From contig JADFQA010000012.1 in NCBI GenBank assembly GCA_022562055.1, positions 14,483 to 78,482 on the forward strand: a stretch of DNA of 64,000 nucleotides, in the 5' to 3' direction. The stretch's first letter is position 1; the number at the start of each line of letters is the position of its first letter. The stretch is from Acidobacteriota bacterium (GTDB lineage: Bacteria; Actinomycetota; Acidimicrobiia; Spongiisociales; UBA5794). The notes beneath the pieces are model-generated. The model did no database searches. It had not been told where the DNA came from and saw only the letters and a list, made by a program, of their open reading frames with translations. The position numbers and the translations under genes are program-made. Below are positions 57,223 to 64,000 of this stretch, in pieces.

Positions 57223-57867
57223 TTAGAACTTAACAATCTGGTCGAAGCTGAGTTCGACAGGCGTTTCACGGCCGAAGATATCGACAAGGACTCGCACCTT
57301 CGACTGGTCGACGTTGATGTCTTCGACGATGCCGTTGAAATCGGCGAAAGGCCCTTCGACAACACGCACTGTCTCGCCAACCTCCCAGGCCGGCTTGAAC
57401 CGCGGCTTCTCTTTTTCGATCTCGTCCTTTCGGACGCCGAGGATTCGCTCAACTTCGCGCCTTGACAGTGGTGTTGGCTTGGTGCCAGAGCCCACGAAGC
57501 CGGTAACACCCGGGGTGTTGCGAACCGCATACCAGGCGTCATCATCGAGGTACAACCTGCACAAGATGTATCCAGGAAACTTCTTGCGCTGAACGGTGAC
57601 CTTCTTACCACCCTTGAACTCGATGACGTCCTCCATCGGAATCACGACATCGAAAATCTTGTCCTCAAGATGCATTGACTTCACACGAGTTTTAAGGTTC
57701 GCCTTTACTTTGTTCTCGTACCCGGAGTACGAATGGATGACATACCACGAACCGGAGAGGTCGTACGGACTCTCTGGTTCAGGCTCGACGTATGGCGCGG
57801 AGGCGGCGTCCTCTTCGTCGACGACTTCGTCGGTCTCCGTTTCGAGAGCTTGTGTCACGTCATTCAT
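57223..57867 (-). CDS. nusG: Transcription termination/antitermination factor NusG (acidic N-terminal extension)
   Basis: NGN and KOW domains; N-terminus DEVVDEEDAASAPYVEPEPE. Confidence 0.95.
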   Translation of the reverse strand: MNDVTQALETETDEVVDEEDAASAPYVEPEPESPYDLSGSWYVIHSYSGYENKVKANLKTRVKSMHLEDKIFDVVIPMEDVIEFKGGKKVTVQRKKFPGYILCRLYLDDDAWYAVRNTPGVTGFVGSGTKPTPLSRREVERILGVRKDEIEKEKPRFKPAWEVGETVRVVEGPFADFNGIVEDINVDQSKVRVLVDIFGRETPVELSFDQIVKF

Positions 57868-57871
57868 TTCG

Positions 57872-58135
57872 TTACACCCCCAACAACTTCAGGAACACCT
57901 TCTGCAGGCCCCAGTCGAGGCCAAAGGTCATCCCGGTCAATGCAGTTGCGGTGATGAACACGACGAGAGTGAACGTCGTGAGTTCTTTTCTTCCTGGCCA
58001 CGCGACCTTCTTGAGTTCTTGACGGACCTCGCGAAAGAACTGCTGGAAGCTGGCACGATCGCGTTTGCGCGGGGCTGGACCCTGCTTGCGTCGTTGCTTG
58101 GCGCGCTCTTCCTCCTTGGCCTGGAGGCGTCGCAT
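57872..58135 (-). CDS. secE: Preprotein translocase subunit SecE (start MRRLQAKEE; ORF track 58195 would overlap the tRNA)
   Basis: Single C-terminal TM, motif FFREVRQELKKVAWP. Confidence 0.9.
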   Translation of the reverse strand: MRRLQAKEEERAKQRRKQGPAPRKRDRASFQQFFREVRQELKKVAWPGRKELTTFTLVVFITATALTGMTFGLDWGLQKVFLKLLGV

Positions 58136-58167
58136 CTCTCGATTCACATGCAATCCTTCCTCGATGG

Positions 58168-58241
58168 GCAGGGGCGGTGGGATTCGAACCCACAACCTCT
58201 GGTTTTGGAGACCAGCGCTCTAGCCGTTAGAGCTACACCCC
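58168..58241 (-). tRNA. trnW: tRNA-Trp (anticodon CCA); 3' CCA not encoded
   Basis: AGGGGUGUAGCUCUAACGGCUAGAGCGCUGGUCUCCAAAACCAGAGGUUGUGGGUUCGAAUCCCACCGCCCCUG; cloverleaf with anticodon loop CUCCAAA. Confidence 0.9.
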
Positions 58242-58324
58242 TCTACGACTCGGAGCCGACGGGAGAGTATATGTTGCTTTGCCCGAAAGTGTAAAACCCT
58301 GGTTTGGCGTGCGGGAAACCTCTG

Positions 58325-58663
58325 TCAGACAGAGTGTACATACCGTCGCCGGATAACAGCGGCGGCACCGAGCGCAACGGCCGTGGCCCCGGCAACTGCA
58401 ATCGCTGCGACATACCCCTTTGTCGGAGCCTCGGCGGTGGCTACGCCTTCGGCAATGGCGACCCCGACCACGGCCACAAGCCCCGCCGGGGCAAGGTCGG
58501 TGATGGATCCAAGTGCAGACAACTCGCGCTGGAGGCGACCGTATTTCGACATCTCCGCCTGACATCCGATGCATGACTCAAGGTGCGCTTGCAGACCGGG
58601 AGTCGGCGGTGCATCAATAAACGCCGGCATCCACAGCTTCGCAAGCGAGCAGGTGACCTTCAC
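58325..58663 (-). CDS. Anti-sigma factor, zinc-finger (zf-HC2/RsrA-ChrR-like) with a C-terminal TM segment
   Basis: HLESCIGCQAE motif; 4-bp overlap with the upstream ECF sigma gene. Confidence 0.7.
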   Translation of the reverse strand: MKVTCSLAKLWMPAFIDAPPTPGLQAHLESCIGCQAEMSKYGRLQRELSALGSITDLAPAGLVAVVGVAIAEGVATAEAPTKGYVAAIAVAGATAVALGAAAVIRRRYVHSV

Positions 58664-59235
58664 TTGTCTTCCCCGTATTCATCCCAGAGTTGGGTTTTGA
58701 GCTGTTTGTGACCACGATGAAGGCGCACCTTGGCGGCTGTCACGGATATCTCCAAATGTTCAGCGATCTGGCCGTGCGACCAATCATAAATGTCTCGCAA
58801 CACAACAACGGCTCGAACGGACGGTGAAAGGGTGTCGAGGGCTTTCAGCAACCGAGGGCGCATTGCTGCGCTTTCGGCAGCCCGCGCCGGCCCAATACTG
58901 ACAAGGTCGGGCTGGGCGTTCGCTAACTCGTCGAGGCTGGCAATAGCGTGTCGTTTTGTCTTGCGACGATACGACCACGCAGCGTTGACGGTGATACGGT
59001 GGAGCCAGGTGGAAAACTTCGATTCGCCGCGGAACTTCTCCAGGTGGCGCCACGCACGCACGAAAGCTTCCTGCGAAACGTCAGCAGCTTGATCTCGATT
59101 CCCGACAAGGCGGAGCGCCAAAGTGAACACCTCGTGTTGATGTCGTCGCACTAGCTCAGAAAACGCGGACTGATCTCCGCTTTGCGCAGCGGTGATCAGT
59201 TCCTCTTCACTGTCTCTGACCGCGTCGGGTTGCAT
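58660..59235 (-). CDS. ECF-family RNA polymerase sigma-70 factor
   Basis: Region 2 (FVRAWRHLEKF) and region 4 (WSHGQIAEHLEISVTAAKVRLHRG) motifs. Confidence 0.88.
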   Translation of the reverse strand: MQPDAVRDSEEELITAAQSGDQSAFSELVRRHQHEVFTLALRLVGNRDQAADVSQEAFVRAWRHLEKFRGESKFSTWLHRITVNAAWSYRRKTKRHAIASLDELANAQPDLVSIGPARAAESAAMRPRLLKALDTLSPSVRAVVVLRDIYDWSHGQIAEHLEISVTAAKVRLHRGHKQLKTQLWDEYGEDK

Positions 59236-59239
59236 CGGG

Positions 59240-60091
59240 TTACTCGCCGGCTTGCAGAGTCGCCTGGCAGGTCACCAGTGTTGTTTCGCCGCCGGTAAGA
59301 CTCAACGTCACCCGAGGGCCGCCGTCAGTGTTCGTGCGCGTGCCTGATACCGCCGCCTGATCACCGGGAAACAACGGGTTCTTAAATCGTAAACGGGCAT
59401 CGGCCAGCGGGGAGTCGCCGGCTGTGGCCGCGGCCGCGATCTGGAGCAGCCACGACGACATCAACAGTCCGTGAACAACAATTCCCGCAAGACCAGACCG
59501 AACCGCCGCGTCATGATCGAGATGCACGGGGTTAAAGTCGCCACTCACCCCAGCGTATCTGACGAGGTCAAGGCGGCTTGCGGATTTCGCAATGGGACCA
59601 ATCTCGGTACCGGTCATGACCCCCGGTGCCGGCTCGTTCTTGGCGGACATGTCGACGGCAGGCTCTGCCTGCCCGGCAACGTCCGCAGTGCCGGCCTCGT
59701 CACCCATCAAGAACACAGACGTCGATTTCACGGAGGAACCATTGTCTCCCGCGGCACTAGCTTCGAGCGTCACGAAGTTCATTGCACCACGCGAGCGAAC
59801 CGAAACAACACGCGCTGACACTGTCCAAACCGAACCGTGGGTAAGCGGCCCTGACCACGCAAAACGCTGATCAGAGTGGACCAGAACCTTTGTGAACGGA
59901 GCTACATCGGGGTCGCTGAGAAACTGGGGTGCAATGGCGAACAGGAGCGCTGCCGCAAAGGATGGCGGAGCGGCGGTCACCCAACGCGAGGCGTCATCTC
60001 CAGTGGTCTCAACAAACTGGCGCGCAAGCGTCTCTGACAGATGGAGAGTTGTCGGACCGTAGGCACGGCCTTCAACGGACGAGAGTGACAT
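59240..60091 (-). CDS. MaoC-like (R)-hydratase/dehydratase, double hot-dog fold (ORF track 60145)
   Basis: C-terminal hot-dog motif GVSGDFNPVHLDHDAA...HGLL. Confidence 0.7.
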   Translation of the reverse strand: MSLSSVEGRAYGPTTLHLSETLARQFVETTGDDASRWVTAAPPSFAAALLFAIAPQFLSDPDVAPFTKVLVHSDQRFAWSGPLTHGSVWTVSARVVSVRSRGAMNFVTLEASAAGDNGSSVKSTSVFLMGDEAGTADVAGQAEPAVDMSAKNEPAPGVMTGTEIGPIAKSASRLDLVRYAGVSGDFNPVHLDHDAAVRSGLAGIVVHGLLMSSWLLQIAAAATAGDSPLADARLRFKNPLFPGDQAAVSGTRTNTDGGPRVTLSLTGGETTLVTCQATLQAGE

Positions 60092-60172
60092 TTCGCGAGC
60101 ATACCGTTGGATGCCGCTTCCAGTCGAACGAATGCTGCGGCACATGCGCCATACGCAGGTACGATTCGCCCC

Positions 60173-61486
60173 ATGGTCTCACGTCGCCTCTTCGGCACCC
60201 TGATTGGTGCGGCGTTCGTCGTTGCCGCCTGCACCGGACAGTCAGCCGACCGGTCCTCGCTCACCACATTGGCACCGCTCGCGACCACCACCAGTGCGGC
60301 AACGACAACGAGTACGTCGACGACCACCACATCGACGACGACCACCACAACGGTCCCACTCTTCTCAGCAACCGGGGTGGTTACGAATGCGCAGGGGGCG
60401 GCGCTTGGCGGTGTCACGATTCAGTCGGGCGGCGTACAAACGACTTCGTTTCCCGACGGTTCGTTCATTCTCGAGGATGCACCGCTAGGTGTTGTGGTCG
60501 CGTCGCGACCGGCATGGCTCACCGCGCAGCTTGTCTGGAATGGGGAATCGACGCTGACCATCGTGATGGAGCCGAGAATCGTCCGAGCCATCCGGGTGTC
60601 GCGGGCTGTGGCAGCAGATCCGGCAGCGTTCGAGCGCATCCTCACCATTGCCGACACGACGACGGTGAATGCGCTCGTGTTCGACACAAAAGATGAGTCG
60701 GGGTATCTGCTCTACAACTCCGAGGTCGCAAAAGCTTCCGAGATCGGGTCGAACCGCGACGTCTATGACCCGGCAGCGTACATTCAACGGGCCAAAGACC
60801 ACGACCTCTACACCATCACTCGTATCGTCACATTCGAAGACGCTGTTTGGGCGAAGGGTGATCCGTCCGCTGTGGGGGCCGGGTCGTGGATCAACGCGAC
60901 CGACGAATCGACGTGGGAGTATCCACTCGCACTCGCCGCCGAGGCTTGCGAGCTCGGATTCGACGAAATCCAATTCGACTACGTACGTTTCCCATCGGGG
61001 AGAACCGCGACTCGCCTGCGCCAGACCATGCCGACCACTCAGGACCTGCGCGTCACAACCATAGAATCGTTTCTTTCGCAGGCCCAAACATTGCTCCACG
61101 CAATGGGTTGCGCAATCTCGGCCGATATCTTTGGGATCGTGATGACGTCGCCAACCGACGAGGGCATCGGGCAGCGCCCCGAGGAGCTATCAGCCGTAAC
61201 CGACGCGCTCAGCCCGATGTTGTACCCGAGTCATTTTGGACCGGGCTGGATAGGCTTCGACGACCCGAACGACTTCCCCGGCCCCGTCGTGGCACACTCG
61301 CTCGATCTGGGAATACCGAGGCTGACTGGCACCGCGGTCGTACGGCCGTGGCTTCAAGGGTTCTACTACAACGCCGCCCAAGTGCGTATCCAGATCGAAG
61401 AAGCCGAAAATCGGGGACTCGGCTGGATTGTGTGGAATGCCAACGGCAACTACGACACCGACTGGTTCCCGACCGAGACCGAATGA
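60173..61486 (+). CDS. Lipoprotein with Thr-rich linker and a TIM-barrel glycoside-hydrolase-like (DUF4015-type) domain (ORF track start 60107)
   Basis: Lipobox VVAAC; TTTSAATTTSTSTTTTSTTTTTT linker; DEIQFDYVRFP motif. Confidence 0.5.
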   Translation: MVSRRLFGTLIGAAFVVAACTGQSADRSSLTTLAPLATTTSAATTTSTSTTTTSTTTTTTVPLFSATGVVTNAQGAALGGVTIQSGGVQTTSFPDGSFILEDAPLGVVVASRPAWLTAQLVWNGESTLTIVMEPRIVRAIRVSRAVAADPAAFERILTIADTTTVNALVFDTKDESGYLLYNSEVAKASEIGSNRDVYDPAAYIQRAKDHDLYTITRIVTFEDAVWAKGDPSAVGAGSWINATDESTWEYPLALAAEACELGFDEIQFDYVRFPSGRTATRLRQTMPTTQDLRVTTIESFLSQAQTLLHAMGCAISADIFGIVMTSPTDEGIGQRPEELSAVTDALSPMLYPSHFGPGWIGFDDPNDFPGPVVAHSLDLGIPRLTGTAVVRPWLQGFYYNAAQVRIQIEEAENRGLGWIVWNANGNYDTDWFPTETE

Positions 61487-61487
61487 C

Positions 61488-62750
61488 CGTTCTTGCGTCC
61501 AATAGTGCAGGATCCTGCGGTGGTCTCAAGTGGTGTGCGCGACGGGGTGACCTTTTTGAGGTGATTTTATGTCTCGTCCAAAGACCCCTTGGCGGGTAGC
61601 GCGGGTAGCGCTGTTTGAGTTGGCGAGGGGGGCGTCCATTGATGATGCTGCAACGGTGGCGGGGGTGTCTGCGCGTATGGTTGACCGGTTTGTCAACGAG
61701 TATGGGCGGATGACTATACGTGAAACAAAACCACGAGCTAACGCACTCACTTTCGGGGAACGCGAAGAGATATGGATGGGTATCCAACGTGGGGAGTCAA
61801 ACACTGTGCTGGCGCAACGGTTGGGAAGGTCCCGTTCAACAATCTGGCGGGAGATCACTAACAATGGTGGCCGTGAAGGCTATCGCATGTCCCGCGCCCA
61901 GGATCGTGCCCATCGACAGGGACGGCGCCAGCGTCCAACGTGGGTTGAGACTAGGCCGTGGCTGTGGGATGTCGTGGTTGGGTTGTTGCTTTACGAGAAG
62001 TGGTCACCCGAGCAGATCGCTCACCGGCTTCGCATAGAGCACCCCAATGATTCATCATGGTGGGTGTCACACGAAACGATTTATCAAGCTATCTACGTCC
62101 AAGCCAGAGGCGGGTTACGTGAAGAACTCATGGCCTGTCTGCGTAGCGGGCGCACGGCACGTAAACCGCAGCGTCGTGGAGTGACCACTGGGGGCAGGAT
62201 TACTTCAAAGGTGATGATCTCTCAACGACCTAGCGAGGTTGCTGATCGGGCTGTGCCCGGGCACTGGGAAGGAGACCTCATAGTTGGCAAAGGAAACAAA
62301 AGTTACGTTGCGACACTGGTGGAACGCACCACCCGGTTAGGGATACTCATCAAAATTGACTCCAAGGACGCCGGGCATGTTGCTCAACGCCTGAGTGAAC
62401 ATGTTCAGACACTCCCTACCCAGCTCTTCAAGACCCTCACCTGGGACCAGGGAACCGAACTTGCTGACCATGCCGTGTTCACTATCCGGACCGGGGTCCC
62501 TGTGTTCTTTTGTGACCCTCGTTCGCCGTGGCAACGCGGCTCTAACGAGAATTTCAACGGCCTCGTGAGGCAATTCCTCCCCAAAGGAACCGACCTCTCC
62601 CAACACTCCCAAGCCGACCTTGATGAATACGCCCGACTACTCAACAACCGACCACGTAAAACGCTTAACTGGGACAAACCAGCAGAGCAATACAACCAAC
62701 TCGTCGCGGCCACAGCTTGAAACCACCTGCACTATTGGACGCAAGAACGG
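61488..62750 (+). mobile_element. IS30-family insertion sequence with perfect 25-bp terminal inverted repeats
   Basis: IRL ccgttcttgcgtccaatagtgcagg (61488-61512) = revcomp of IRR (62726-62750); single transposase ORF inside. Confidence 0.9.
61569..62720 (+). CDS. IS30-family transposase (DDE)
   Basis: HTH N-terminus; HWEGD...integrase core; typical IS30 length (383 aa). Confidence 0.9.
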   Translation: MSRPKTPWRVARVALFELARGASIDDAATVAGVSARMVDRFVNEYGRMTIRETKPRANALTFGEREEIWMGIQRGESNTVLAQRLGRSRSTIWREITNNGGREGYRMSRAQDRAHRQGRRQRPTWVETRPWLWDVVVGLLLYEKWSPEQIAHRLRIEHPNDSSWWVSHETIYQAIYVQARGGLREELMACLRSGRTARKPQRRGVTTGGRITSKVMISQRPSEVADRAVPGHWEGDLIVGKGNKSYVATLVERTTRLGILIKIDSKDAGHVAQRLSEHVQTLPTQLFKTLTWDQGTELADHAVFTIRTGVPVFFCDPRSPWQRGSNENFNGLVRQFLPKGTDLSQHSQADLDEYARLLNNRPRKTLNWDKPAEQYNQLVAATA

Positions 62751-62758
62751 GGGCTTTG

Positions 62759-62920
62759 CTAGCGGGTCTCCTTGTGCATCACATGTTCGCGACACCACTT
62801 GCAGAACTTCTTGAGCTCAATACGCTCACGCGTGTTGGTCTTGTTCTTCGTTGTCACGTAGTTACGACGCTTGCATTTCTCGCAAGCCAAAGTAATCGGC
62901 GGTCTCTTGGCGGAGGCCAT
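62759..62920 (-). CDS. rpmG: 50S ribosomal protein L33 (53 aa; absent from the ORF track because under 60 aa)
   Basis: Manual translation: [53 protein letters not shown]; GAGAGGAA RBS. Confidence 0.85.
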   Translation of the reverse strand: MASAKRPPITLACEKCKRRNYVTTKNKTNTRERIELKKFCKWCREHVMHKETR

Positions 62921-63013
62921 TGTCATTTCCTCTCAGTGGTAGCGCGAGCCCGGAGATTCCGGGACAGCGTCACCCTCAGTCTTCTTCCAGAACGTGTCTG
63001 AAGGTTGTCGTCC

Positions 63014-64000
63014 CTACTTGATGATTTTGGTGACTCGGCCGGCACCAACAGTCCGCCCACCCTCACGAATAGCGAACCGCAACCCCTCATCCATAGCAAT
63101 CGGATTAATCAACTCAACCGTCATCTCAGTGTTATCACCAGGCATCACCATCTCCGTACCCTCAGGCAACGACACCGAACCAGTCACATCCGTCGTCCGA
63201 AAATAAAACTGCGGACGATACCCATCAAAAAACGGGTTCTGACGCCCACCCTCATTACGCGTCAACACATACACCTGAGCCTCAAACAACGTATGAGGAG
63301 TAATCGAACCCGGCGCCGCAATCACCTGACCACGCTCCACATCCTCCTTACCCGTCCCCCGCAACAACAACCCAACATTGTCACCAGCATGAGCCTCATC
63401 CAACAACTTACGAAACATCTCCACCCCAGTAACCGTCGTCTTCTGCAACGCCCGAATACCAACAATGTCAACCTCAGACCCAATCTTCAACAACCCCTGC
63501 TCAACCCGCCCAGTCACCACAGTCCCCCGCCCAGTAATCGAAAACACATCCTCAATCGGCATCAAAAACGGCTTATCCATATCCCGCTCAGGCAACAAAA
63601 TATATTCATCAACAGCCGCCATCAACTCCAAAACCTGAGCCGAAGCACCCTCATCACCCTCCAACGCCAACAACGCCGAACCACGAATCACCGGAACCTC
63701 ATCACCCGGGAACTCATACTCCGACAACAACTCCCGAACCTCCAACTCAACAAGATCCAACAACTCCTCATCATCCACCATGTCAACCTTATTCAAAAAG
63801 ACAACAATCCGAGGAACCCCAACCTGCAACGCCAACAACACATGCTCACGCGTCTGCGGCATCGGACCATCAGCAGCCGACACCACCAAAATCGCACCAT
63901 CAATCTGCGCAGCACCCGTAATCATATTCTTCACATAATCAGCATGACCCGGCATATCAACATGCGCATAATGACGATTCACCGTCTCATACTCCACATG
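63014..64000 (-). CDS. tuf: Elongation factor Tu, copy 2 (intact over the visible part; 5' end beyond the window); nearly identical at DNA level to copy 1 and with the same atypical codon usage
   Basis: 63014..63997 ORF; DNA identical to 39870..40333 and onward apart from the 4-nt cluster and 2 synonymous sites. Confidence 0.9.
   Translation of the reverse strand, partial: HVEYETVNRHYAHVDMPGHADYVKNMITGAAQIDGAILVVSAADGPMPQTREHVLLALQVGVPRIVVFLNKVDMVDDEELLDLVELEVRELLSEYEFPGDEVPVIRGSALLALEGDEGASAQVLELMAAVDEYILLPERDMDKPFLMPIEDVFSITGRGTVVTGRVEQGLLKIGSEVDIVGIRALQKTTVTGVEMFRKLLDEAHAGDNVGLLLRGTGKEDVERGQVIAAPGSITPHTLFEAQVYVLTRNEGGRQNPFFDGYRPQFYFRTTDVTGSVSLPEGTEMVMPGDNTEMTVELINPIAMDEGLRFAIREGGRTVGAGRVTKIIK

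Overview
The window reads as a roughly 62% GC Actinobacteria-type chromosome that is almost entirely core, highly syntenic genes, nearly all on the minus strand. Order along the window: groES-groEL with tandem CIRCE operators, then tsaD-rimI-tsaB-tsaE-udg-alr-nnr, acpS, glmS preceded by a glmS ribozyme, glmM, rpsI-rplM. On the plus strand sits ilvA, followed by truA and the alpha operon (rplQ-rpoA-rpsD-rpsK-rpsM-rpmJ-infA). A sulfite-reduction, siroheme and metY cluster is inserted between infA and map. After it come map-adk-secY and the complete spc/S10 ribosomal-protein operons, then tuf-fusA-rpsG-rpsL, a small envelope island (M50 protease plus SLH protein), rpoC-rpoB-rplL-rplJ-rplA-rplK-nusG-secE and tRNA-Trp. 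The last stretch is a small accessory island (anti-sigma, ECF sigma, MaoC dehydratase, DUF4015-like lipoprotein, IS30 element), then rpmG and a second tuf copy truncated by the window end. The most striking observation is that both tuf copies have extreme, gene-specific recoded-looking codon usage: third positions are almost only G or T and Leu is TTG, so the coding strand is depleted of C. The last 9 codons and the flanks look native. The copy inside the str operon also carries a cluster of 4 substitutions that creates an in-frame TGA. Other notable items are an actinobacterial glmS ribozyme, two homopolymer-associated frameshifts (a histidine kinase remnant and the metY C-terminus), an IS30 element with perfect 25-bp inverted repeats, and unusually long acidic low-complexity tails on S3, L10, L4 and RpoC. 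No CRISPR array or recognisable defence-system genes were seen. ORF coordinates follow the supplied track; printed line numbering may differ from it by 1 nt in places.
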